Origin: Candidatus Eiseniibacteriota bacterium
GTDB lineage: Bacteria > Orphanbacterota > Orphanbacteria > Orphanbacterales > Orphanbacteraceae
Length of the DNA stretch: 64,000 nt
NCBI GenBank assembly: GCA_043809585.1
Contig: JBDROZ010000084.1
Span: forward strand, 1 to 64,000
Direction: 5' to 3'
In this document: positions 20,442-28,436 of the stretch, one piece after another
Layout: each line of letters begins with the position of its first letter
Numbering within the stretch: the stretch's first letter is position 1
Translations under genes and position numbers: made by a program
Notes under the pieces: model-generated
Told to the model about the DNA's origin: nothing
Databases searched by the model: none
The model's input: the letters and a program-made list of their open reading frames with translations, nothing else

Positions 20442-20468
20442 GTATTACGAAAATGACACTCGTAATAC
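20442..20468. promoter_or_regulatory. NikR operator
   Basis: Palindrome GTATTACGA-N9-TCGTAATAC (GTATTA-N15-TAATAC), 12 nt before an operon that ends in nikR. Matches NikR operator geometry. Confidence 0.8.
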
Positions 20469-20480
20469 CGGAGGGAGATC

Positions 20481-20978
20481 ATGAAACGGCTCGTTTCGGC
20501 TTGGGTCGCGGGGGCGCTCCTCGCGGCCGGTCCGGCGGCGGCCCACGAGATCCACCACGTCGTGGAGCGAGGGGAGGCCACGGTCGTCACCTTCACCTCC
20601 TCACGCGGCTCGGCTTTCTCGAGCGAATCCTTCGAGGTCTTCCGCCCGGGAGAGACGACCTCCTTCCAGACCGGGCGCACCGACGCCCTCGGGCGGATCT
20701 CCTTCCTTCCCGACCGGGAGGGGGATTGGCGGGTGCGGGTCTTCTCGGAGGACGGCCACGGCGCCGACATCCGGTTCTCCGCCGGGCCCTCCGGCGGCGG
20801 GGACGGGGACGGTCGGGGGGACGGCGGCCGGATCCCCGCCGAGCCCTCCGGCGGCGGGGCGGACGGGGGCGCGACGCCTCCGGCGGATCGCACGGCGCGC
20901 ATCGTCCTCGGCCTCGGCGTCATCCTCGGCCTGTTCGGAATCTTCAGCCTGATCCGAGCGAGGAGAAGGGCGCCATGA
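20481..20978 (+). CDS. Ni/Co uptake accessory protein (NikL/CbiL-like)
   Basis: Signal peptide ending AAA-H, GRTDALGRISFLP, DGHG and a C-terminal TM helix. First gene of the ECF operon. Confidence 0.7.
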   Translation: MKRLVSAWVAGALLAAGPAAAHEIHHVVERGEATVVTFTSSRGSAFSSESFEVFRPGETTSFQTGRTDALGRISFLPDREGDWRVRVFSEDGHGADIRFSAGPSGGGDGDGRGDGGRIPAEPSGGGADGGATPPADRTARIVLGLGVILGLFGIFSLIRARRRAP

Positions 20979-21081
20979 GAACGAGCCCCGCCTCTACCGC
21001 GCCCCTCACGGCCGCTCCTCACGCCGAGTTCGAGCGGCGGACGCCCGGCCGAGATCAGGAACGAGAACCCCCGAGGCCGTG

Positions 21082-21723
21082 ATGCACGTTCCGGACGGAT
21101 TCATCAGCCCCAAGGTCTATCTCCCCGCCGCGGCGGTCGCCGCCGGCGCGTGGGCGTACGGGCTCCGGCGGGTGAGAAAGGACCTCGACGAGGAGGCGAT
21201 CCCGCGGATCGCGGTTCTCACCGCCTTCTCCTTCGTCCTCATGATGATCATGATCCCATTGCCGGGGGGCACTTCGGCGCACGCCGCCGGAGTCGGCATC
21301 CTCGCCGCCCTCTTCGGCGTCTGGATCTCGTTTCTCGTGGTCTCCCTGGTCCTCTTTCTCCAGGCGATCCTCTTCGGGAGCGGCGGGATCACGGTGCTCC
21401 CCGTGAACGCCCTCGCCCTCGGGCTCGCGGGGAGCCTCGCCGGCGCGGCGGCCTACCGCGCCTTCCGGCCGATCCGGGAGGAGGCGGGTCTCTTCGCCGC
21501 CGGCTGGTTCTCGGTCAACCTGTCCGCCGCGCTTCTCGCGCTGGTCCTCGGCCTCCAGCCGGTTATCGCCCATGGCCCGTCCGGCGATCCCCTCTTCTTC
21601 CCCTTCGGTCTGTCGATCACACTCCCCGCGGTGATGATCCCCCACGCTCTCCTCGGCGTGGGCGAGGGAATCTTGACGATCATGGTGGTTCGCCTCTTCC
21701 GGAAGATCGGCGGGAAGACATGA
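21082..21723 (+). CDS. cbiM: ECF transporter S component CbiM/NikM
   Basis: N-terminal MHVPDG metal-binding motif, GTSAHAAG and LQAILFGSGGIT. Confidence 0.92.
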   Translation: MHVPDGFISPKVYLPAAAVAAGAWAYGLRRVRKDLDEEAIPRIAVLTAFSFVLMMIMIPLPGGTSAHAAGVGILAALFGVWISFLVVSLVLFLQAILFGSGGITVLPVNALALGLAGSLAGAAAYRAFRPIREEAGLFAAGWFSVNLSAALLALVLGLQPVIAHGPSGDPLFFPFGLSITLPAVMIPHALLGVGEGILTIMVVRLFRKIGGKT

Positions 21724-22268
21724 AGGACCGTTTCTTCCTCGGCGTCTATCTCGCCGCGGTGATCACCGCCACGATGGTGCACGACCCGCGCATCCTCGCC
21801 GCCGGTCTCGCCGGGGCGGCCGTTCTCGCGGGACGGCGGGCGCCCCGGATCGCCGTTCGGGCCTTCACCGCGGTCGTCCTTTTTCAGGGCTTCGTGCTTC
21901 TCTCCTACGGCGCCCTCTCCCTCCTCCGGGGGGGCGGGAGCGCGGGCTACGTCCTCCTCGCCGGCACCCGGGTCTTCACGATCACCTTCTTCACCTTTCT
22001 CGTCGCCGATCGTGTGAACCTCTTCCGGGCCCTCGCCTTCTCCCGGACCCTCTCCTCCCTGCTCGTTCTCGCCTGGGGACAGATCGCCACCTTCCGTCGC
22101 GTCCTCGCCGATTTCCGCCTCGCCCTCGAGAGCCGCGCGATCGACAGGCCGGCGGTCCGGGATCTCTTCCGGCACGGAGGCTCCGCCGGCGCATGGTTCC
22201 TCCGGAAGTCCCTCCACTCGTCGGCGGAGATCACCCAGGCAATGAAGTCCCGGGGGTTCCGGACGTGA
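21720..22268 (+). CDS. ECF transporter T component CbiQ/NikQ-like
   Basis: Hydrophobic protein with ALESRA and AMKSRGF motifs. Start overlaps the cbiM stop. Confidence 0.8.
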   Translation: MKDRFFLGVYLAAVITATMVHDPRILAAGLAGAAVLAGRRAPRIAVRAFTAVVLFQGFVLLSYGALSLLRGGGSAGYVLLAGTRVFTITFFTFLVADRVNLFRALAFSRTLSSLLVLAWGQIATFRRVLADFRLALESRAIDRPAVRDLFRHGGSAGAWFLRKSLHSSAEITQAMKSRGFRT

Positions 22269-23041
22269 TCCGGGCCGAAGGCATCACCCACCGCTGGGTG
22301 GGGGGCAAACCGGTCCTCCGGGAGGTCTCGTTCGAGATCGGCCGGGGCGAGAAGGTGGTTCTCCTCGGAGCGAACGGCACGGGCAAGACCACCTTGCTCA
22401 AGATCATGGACGGGCTGATCCCCCCGGAGAGGGGCGCCCTCCGGTACGACGGCCGGATCGTCGACGGGAAGGCCCTCGGAGACCGGGATTTTCACCGGCG
22501 CTTCCGCCGGGAGGTCGTCTACCTCTTCCAGAATCCCGATTCCATGATGTTCCACCCGACCGTGCGGGACGAGATCGCCTTCGGCCCCCGCCAGATCGGA
22601 ATGGACGATCCGGACGGGCGGGCGCGGAGGTGGGCGGACGAGTTCGGTGTCGGGACCCTTCTCGAGCGTTCCCCCTTCGAGCTTTCCGGGGGCGAGAAGC
22701 AGAAGGTCTGTCTCGCGGCGCTCCTCGCGGTGGAGCCGAAGGTCCTCCTGCTCGACGAGCCGGCGGCGAACCTCGATCCCCGCTCGACGGGGTGGCTCGT
22801 CGACTTTCTCCGGGACCTCCCGATGACCGTGGTGACGACGACCCACAACCTCAGCCTCGGCCAGGAGCTCGGCGACCGGACCTTGGTCCTTTCGGAAAAG
22901 CACGAACTGATCTACGATGGACCGGTGGAGGCGCTCCTCGGGGACGAGGGGAAGCTGCTCGAAGCGAACCTGGTGCACATCCACCGCCACAGGCACGGCG
23001 ACGCCGAGCACCGCCACTACCACACCCACGACTGGGAGTGA
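22265..23041 (+). CDS. ECF transporter ATPase CbiO/NikO with His-rich tail
   Basis: GANGTGKT, LFQNPD, LSGGEKQK, LLLDEP and tail HIHRHRHGDAEHRHYHTH. Confidence 0.9.
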   Translation: MIRAEGITHRWVGGKPVLREVSFEIGRGEKVVLLGANGTGKTTLLKIMDGLIPPERGALRYDGRIVDGKALGDRDFHRRFRREVVYLFQNPDSMMFHPTVRDEIAFGPRQIGMDDPDGRARRWADEFGVGTLLERSPFELSGGEKQKVCLAALLAVEPKVLLLDEPAANLDPRSTGWLVDFLRDLPMTVVTTTHNLSLGQELGDRTLVLSEKHELIYDGPVEALLGDEGKLLEANLVHIHRHRHGDAEHRHYHTHDWE

Positions 23042-23044
23042 TCC

Positions 23045-23461
23045 ATGGCGAGAAGAGACGACACGGTCCGCTTCACCGTATCCCTGCCGGACGCCCTCCG
23101 GGAGGAGCTCGACCGCCGGATGGTCGACCAGGGCTACCCGTCGCGGAGCGAGTTCGTCCGAGATCTGATCCGGGAGAGACTCGTCCACGAGAAGTGGGGC
23201 GACGGAAAACAGAAAGTGGTCGGCGTGCTCACCATCAGCTACGATCACCATCAGCGGGAATTGGCGAATCGGATCATCGACATCCAGCACCGCCGATACG
23301 TGAACGTTCTCTGCACGACCCACGTCCACATGGACCACGACAACTGCCTGGAAGTCATCATCATCCGGGGCCGGCCGCCGGAGATCGAGAAGATGGGCAT
23401 CGAGATCGGCGGGCTCAAGGGAGTGAAATTCGCCAAGCTGACCCGGGCTTCCGCCCTTTAG
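23045..23461 (+). CDS. nikR: Nickel-responsive regulator NikR
   Basis: [17 protein letters not shown] (ribbon-helix-helix), YDHH and [13 protein letters not shown]. Confidence 0.95.
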   Translation: MARRDDTVRFTVSLPDALREELDRRMVDQGYPSRSEFVRDLIRERLVHEKWGDGKQKVVGVLTISYDHHQRELANRIIDIQHRRYVNVLCTTHVHMDHDNCLEVIIIRGRPPEIEKMGIEIGGLKGVKFAKLTRASAL

Positions 23462-23488
23462 GGGAAACGCGTCATGGACCGACGGGCC

Positions 23489-23679
23489 AGCCTTGATCCG
23501 TCAAGAAATCGCGAGTGAAAACGCGCGAGAGTGCGTCAGATGCTGCAGCGCGGAGCATTCACCAAGCGGAGCATATCCAAAGATATGTGAGCATTGGTGA
23601 AAGCGAGCAGTGCGGCAGATGGCGTGCTATCGCGCGAGCGTCAGCGGTTGGCACCGGGATTTATTGCCGGATCAAGGCT
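23489..23679. mobile_element. MITE-like palindromic element (191 nt)
   Basis: 22-bp terminal inverted repeats with 2 mismatches (AGCCTTGATCCGTCAAGAAATC / GATTTATTGCCGGATCAAGGCT). Internal hairpins TTCACCAA/TTGGTGAA and CATATC/GATATG; lower GC than flanks. Confidence 0.7.
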
Positions 23680-23697
23680 AGAGCCGCGCTTCCCGCG

Positions 23698-24330
23698 ATG
23701 ATCGTGGCGGGGCTCGTGCTTTCGATTCCGGGTTGCTCCTCCTCCCCCCGCCCCGAGGGGCCGCTCACCGGCGAGGACGTCGACCTCGTCCTTCTCGCGA
23801 ACTGGCTCTCCGGCGGTTTCGGAAGCGGTGAACAGGCGGCGCGGGATTCCTCCTATTTCGACATCCGGCTTCACATGGTCCCGATCTGGCGGGAGCGGGA
23901 GGACGGCTACTGGCTCTACGTGGAACAGGCGGTGGCGGAGCACGAGCACCGGCCCTACCGGCAGCGGGTCTATCACCTGACGCGGCGGTCCGCGGCGGAG
24001 TTCGAAAGCGCCGTATACACCCTCCCCGCCGAGGAAATGTTCGTCGGAGCGTGGCGAAGCCCCGCGTTCTTCGGCCGGATCACCCCCGCCTCCCTGACCG
24101 AGCGGAGCGGCTGCGAAATCGTCCTCCGAAAGGAGGACGAGAGGGCCTTCACCGGGAGGACCGGCGACCGGACCTGTTCGAGCGAGCTTCGGGGAGCGTC
24201 CTACGCGACGTCCGAAGTGACGATCACCTCGGACGGGATCGTCAGCTGGGATCGGGGATTCGACGAACGGGGCGAACAGGTATGGGGGGCCACGGCCGGC
24301 GGATACGTCTTCCGGCGCCTGGCGGAATGA
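23698..24330 (+). CDS. CpcT/CpeT-family lyase-like lipoprotein (5' end disrupted by the element)
   Basis: IRLHMVPIW, WLYVEQA...RPYRQRVY, SWDRGFD...QVWG and lipobox IPGC. The original start was probably ATG 23474. Confidence 0.8.
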   Translation: MIVAGLVLSIPGCSSSPRPEGPLTGEDVDLVLLANWLSGGFGSGEQAARDSSYFDIRLHMVPIWREREDGYWLYVEQAVAEHEHRPYRQRVYHLTRRSAAEFESAVYTLPAEEMFVGAWRSPAFFGRITPASLTERSGCEIVLRKEDERAFTGRTGDRTCSSELRGASYATSEVTITSDGIVSWDRGFDERGEQVWGATAGGYVFRRLAE

Positions 24331-24358
24331 CCCGGAAGAGGAGCGGAAGCCCCCTGTC

Positions 24359-24727
24359 CTAGCCTTGGGGGGTTTTCGACTTCGCCTCGGCGACCACCCG
24401 CCGAAAGACGTCGAGCGCTTCACCGGCTTTCGACACCAGCGCGGCGGCCCGATCGAGGTCCCCCGATCTTCCCGCCTGCTCGATCTGTGTGGCGACTTCC
24501 CGGATCATTTCGGCCCCCGCGTTCGCCGACGCCCCCTTGAGGGAGTGGCCGTCCCGCTGGAGCCGAACGGCGTCACCCGCCCGGATCGCCTCCTGCAGAT
24601 CTCCAATCCGACCGGTCGCGTCATCCAGATAGAGATCGACGATCTCGTCCACCAGCTCTTCGTCGTTGTCCAGCCGCTCGAGGAGAGCCCGGCGATCGAA
24701 CACCGTCGAATCCCGCTTTTCTTCCAT
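24359..24727 (-). CDS. Hpt domain phosphotransfer protein
   Basis: GHSLKGASANAGA and FDRRALLERL. Confidence 0.88.
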   Translation of the reverse strand: MEEKRDSTVFDRRALLERLDNDEELVDEIVDLYLDDATGRIGDLQEAIRAGDAVRLQRDGHSLKGASANAGAEMIREVATQIEQAGRSGDLDRAAALVSKAGEALDVFRRVVAEAKSKTPQG

Positions 24728-25014
24728 GGTGCTTCCCCCGTTCTCTTCGCCTTCCTCTGCCGACATCCGGTTATCGACCGCCCGTTGGAGTTCGCGGGGC
24801 TCCGGCGGTCTCGGGACGCAGTCGTTCATCCCCGCTTCGATGCGCCGGTCCCGGTCACCCCCATGGCGTGAATCGCCGTCTCCCGGCATTTCGCGGACGA
24901 CCGTCGATCACCGGCCCCGGTCGTCAAGGGAGATCCGTCCGGACCGCGCCACTCATTCCTCTTCATTCAGATATCGGCCTGTCGCCACGATGGGATGAGT
25001 GATCGGCGGTTCCG

Positions 25015-25077
25015 GATGGCGTGCCGGCGCGCGAGCGAAAGCGTTCTCCACCAAGATCTTATGGAAGATCCGGGCTA
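25015..25077. repeat. Right-half relic of the 23489-23679 element family
   Basis: 44/63 ungapped identities to 23618-23680 (counted by eye). Ends on the TAG stop of the redoxin gene. Confidence 0.6.
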
Positions 25078-25776
25078 ATTCCCGGTCCGGGGCCCGTACT
25101 TCACGTTGCAGCCGTAGGGCCTCGTCTTCTTCACCGACACCACCCGGCCGGAGAGATACTGCTCGAGCGCCACGCGGGCGTACTTGATCGAACCGATGCG
25201 TTCCAACGCGGGCTCCTCGTCCACGGCCCCCAGATAGATGAGGATGCCGTCCATGCCGATGATGAAGATCTGGGGCGTCGTCTTCGCCCTGTACATCCGC
25301 CCCACGTCGCCCGTCTCGTCGAGAAGAATGGGGTATTTCATCCCGAACTCGATCTTCGCCTGCTTGTTCCGTTCGAGCCCGTACCCCTGCATCCCGGGGG
25401 CGGCGGAGTTGATCGCGAAGATCACCACCTTCTGCTCCAGCATGGCCTCGTAGAGCTCGCTTATGGTCGGAAAGTCGACGTGGTGCTTCTTGACGTGGGG
25501 GCAGTCCGGATTGAACCACTCGAGAATGACGGTCCTTCCCTTGGAGATGTAGTCGGAGAGACGGTGTTCCACCCCATTGAGATCGGTGAGGACGAAGTCG
25601 GGCGCCGGCCGGCCGACTTCGGCGACCGACGCGGTCTTCATCCTCCGCCAGTCCTCTTCCTTGTCCGAGCATCCCCCGGCGAGAATCGCCCCGACAAGAA
25701 AGAGGAAGACCGGATGAATCACGATGTTCCGCGCGCCCACGGGCTTCCTCCTCTGCTTGGCCTGATGGTCGGGCAT
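25075..25776 (-). CDS. Redoxin / peroxiredoxin-like thioredoxin-fold lipoprotein
   Basis: Lipobox LAGGC, APDFVLTD, LEWFNPDCPHVKKH, AKTTP, YLGAVD and PYGCNVKY. Start is approximate. Confidence 0.85.
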   Translation of the reverse strand: MPDHQAKQRRKPVGARNIVIHPVFLFLVGAILAGGCSDKEEDWRRMKTASVAEVGRPAPDFVLTDLNGVEHRLSDYISKGRTVILEWFNPDCPHVKKHHVDFPTISELYEAMLEQKVVIFAINSAAPGMQGYGLERNKQAKIEFGMKYPILLDETGDVGRMYRAKTTPQIFIIGMDGILIYLGAVDEEPALERIGSIKYARVALEQYLSGRVVSVKKTRPYGCNVKYGPRTGN

Positions 25777-26043
25777 CGGAGAGGGCAAGTCCAGTTCGAA
25801 ATCGCCCCGTCCGCAGGGGATTGCCCTTCGTCTCGAAGCATCGGCCGGAAACCGTCCCGGCGCGAGGCCTCCGGAGGCGGACGCCCGTCGATCCCGGTCC
25901 CGGAAAAGGAGTTGGGCCGGGTCTCCCCGGAACCGCGTCCCGGCGATTCTCGGTAGCCAAGGAGGGTTTGATTGACAGGACCTCTTTGACTTACAGTAGA
26001 AGAGCAAAGCCGGATCGAGATTCAGAGGAAAGGAGGATCGGGA

Positions 26044-26712
26044 ATGAAGAGAGCGATCGGTTTCGCGTTGATCGCGGCCATGGTGATCGGAGCGGTCGGA
26101 TGCGCCGTGACGAACACCAAGAAGGGCGCGGCGATCGGAGGGACGGCCGGCGCCATCGTGGGCGGAATCGTCGGGGACCGGGCGGGCAATACCGCCGCGG
26201 GCGTGCTCGTCGGCGCCGCGGTCGGGGGAACGACGGGCGCCATCATCGGCCACTACATGGACGAGCAGGCGGCCGAGTTGGAGCAGGACCTCGAAGGAAC
26301 CCGCGTCGATCGGGTGGGCGAGGGGATCAAGATCACCTTCGATTCGGGGATCCTCTTCGACTACAACAAGGCCGATCTTCGCCCCGCGGCGAAGGACAAT
26401 CTCGTCAAGATGGCGGAGGTCCTGAACAAGTACGACGACACCAACATCCTTATCGAAGGGCATACGGACGCGGACGGCTCGGAAGAGTACAATCAGAAGC
26501 TCTCGGAGCGGCGCGCCGCATCGGTGTCCGGCTTTCTCGCCGGGCAGGGGGTGGCGGGGCTCCGGATGACCACGGTGGGACACGGCAAGACAATGCCCAT
26601 CGCCGACAACAGCACCGCCGAAGGCAGGCAGGCGAACCGGAGAGTGGAAGTCGCCATCTTCGCCAACGAAGATCTGAAGAAGGCGGCGGAGAAGCAGGCG
26701 GCCGAGGGGTAG
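26044..26712 (+). CDS. OmpA-family lipoprotein with glycine zipper
   Basis: Lipobox AVGC, Gly-zipper, IEGHTD, YNQKLSERRA and NRRVE. Confidence 0.93.
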   Translation: MKRAIGFALIAAMVIGAVGCAVTNTKKGAAIGGTAGAIVGGIVGDRAGNTAAGVLVGAAVGGTTGAIIGHYMDEQAAELEQDLEGTRVDRVGEGIKITFDSGILFDYNKADLRPAAKDNLVKMAEVLNKYDDTNILIEGHTDADGSEEYNQKLSERRAASVSGFLAGQGVAGLRMTTVGHGKTMPIADNSTAEGRQANRRVEVAIFANEDLKKAAEKQAAEG

Positions 26713-26785
26713 GCCCCGGCGGCGAGCACCGGGAATGAACGGCGCCGCGGAAAACCTCCGCGGCGCTTCTTCCTCTTCCCCGGGG

Positions 26786-28135
26786 TCAGCGGAGCCTGGT
26801 CACCTTTCGGGTGCACGTCCCGCCCCCCGAGGCGAGGGTGACGAAGTAGACGCCGGGGGGGGAATCCCTCCCCCTCCCATCCCGCCCGTCCCAGACGAAC
26901 GAGTCCGGGCCCGGCCCCGACCGATCCCTCCCCTCCCGGAGAACCAGACGCCCCCGAAAATCGTGAACGAACATTTCCACCGAACCCTCCCAGGGCATCA
27001 GGAACCGGATGGTCGTCGCCCGGCGGAAGGGGTTCGGCTCGGTTCCGTCCACGACGAGAACGACCGGCGATCCCCGCGACGATCCGACGCTCGTGGCGAC
27101 GCTCTCACCGAGTACCTCGTCGATCGGCCTGCCGACCTCGAATGGATTCGCGAAGCCGAGGAGGGCGCGGACCGTGGGCGCCACGTCGTCGATCTCGTGA
27201 GTCGCCCCCACCCGGCAGCCCCGGAGGATCCCAGGACCGAGGAACATGGCCCAGATGTCGCGGCAGCCGGCGCAGTTCAAATTGCATCCTCCGCCGGGAC
27301 CGGCGTACCCGTGGCCGTGGCTCTGGAATCCGTCCGCCTCCCAGTCGAGGTGCCTACCGTGGTCGGTGGCGACCACGAGCACCGTCCGCCCACCGTACCG
27401 GGGGTGATTTTGGAGGAAGGGCCAGAGCACGTCGATGATCTGGTGCTCCGCCTCCCGGTAGATCTCCTCCAGCTTCGCCCAGTAGAAGCCGGTGTCCCCG
27501 TCGGCGCAGGTGAAGCCCATCAGGTGGGCCATGAAATCGTACTCGGAGAGATTGATCCCCATCCAGACCACGCCGTTCGTGTCGAGAAAGTCGATCGCCC
27601 TCCGGACGATCAACGAATCCGGGCCTTGGTACGGGAAGCTCCCCTGGAGGCAGGGGGGCGGAGGGGTGGCGACGAGAAGAGTGGTCGCCCGGTAAGGCAT
27701 CCCGTAGTCGGGATGATCCGAGCAGTCGTCGGTTTCGATGAGGTGGTTCTTTCCGGTGACGAAGGCCGTCGCGCTCGGAGGCAACCTCCGCTCCTTCCGG
27801 AGCAGCTCGAAGTGCATCGGTTGGTCCGGGTGCCCTTCGCAATTCACGCACTGGTTCGGATCCCCGGAGCCCCACAGGATGGCGTGGTTCGGATCGGTCA
27901 CGCCCCGGGTCCGGTTGACCACGTTCGGAACGTAGGCGCCCGCCGTGTCGATCCACGATTCCAGCCGCTCGTTCCAGGCGAGGAACTCCGATTTCCGTAT
28001 GCCGTCGATGGTGACGACCACGGCGTGAAGGCTCTCGGCGGGGACCGACGGGAAGGAGGGAACAGGACAGAGGAGGACGCACGACACCGCGAACGCCGCC
28101 GCCACCGAGCGAAGAAAAGCGCGCGCTACGACCAT
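26786..28135 (-). CDS. Secreted alkaline-phosphatase-superfamily enzyme with FlgD-Ig-like C-terminal domain
   Basis: Metal-ligand motifs VTIDGIR, YDFMAH and ATDHGRH. C-terminal PNPF...WDGRD...GVYF. Confidence 0.7.
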   Translation of the reverse strand: MVVARAFLRSVAAAFAVSCVLLCPVPSFPSVPAESLHAVVVTIDGIRKSEFLAWNERLESWIDTAGAYVPNVVNRTRGVTDPNHAILWGSGDPNQCVNCEGHPDQPMHFELLRKERRLPPSATAFVTGKNHLIETDDCSDHPDYGMPYRATTLLVATPPPPCLQGSFPYQGPDSLIVRRAIDFLDTNGVVWMGINLSEYDFMAHLMGFTCADGDTGFYWAKLEEIYREAEHQIIDVLWPFLQNHPRYGGRTVLVVATDHGRHLDWEADGFQSHGHGYAGPGGGCNLNCAGCRDIWAMFLGPGILRGCRVGATHEIDDVAPTVRALLGFANPFEVGRPIDEVLGESVATSVGSSRGSPVVLVVDGTEPNPFRRATTIRFLMPWEGSVEMFVHDFRGRLVLREGRDRSGPGPDSFVWDGRDGRGRDSPPGVYFVTLASGGGTCTRKVTRLR

Positions 28136-28436
28136 AGGGGGACGCCTCACCGATGAGATGCGGGACGCCACGCGGCCGGAACGGGAATTCAGTTTTCGGG
28201 TTGGGTCCGGGATGTCGCTCGAAGATGCGACCCGTCTTGGAGTCAAGATGGCCGACATTTTCCGGATCGTCAAGTGGGGGAGACCCCGGCGAAACCGTCT
28301 CTCCATCCCGTTGCCATGCAATCAGTTGAGAATGAGTTGACGAAAGGGGGCCGGCCCGGAAGAATCAGGGGACGCCCCCCCGGGAGGTCTCCCGGGAGCG
28401 GCCGAGATCGAACCTCGAAGAAAGGAACGGCCTACC

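Noticed and set aside
23515-23697. N-terminal extension of the CpcT-like ORF from GTG 23515
   Set aside because: It lies largely within the inserted element, so it is likely a chance open frame.
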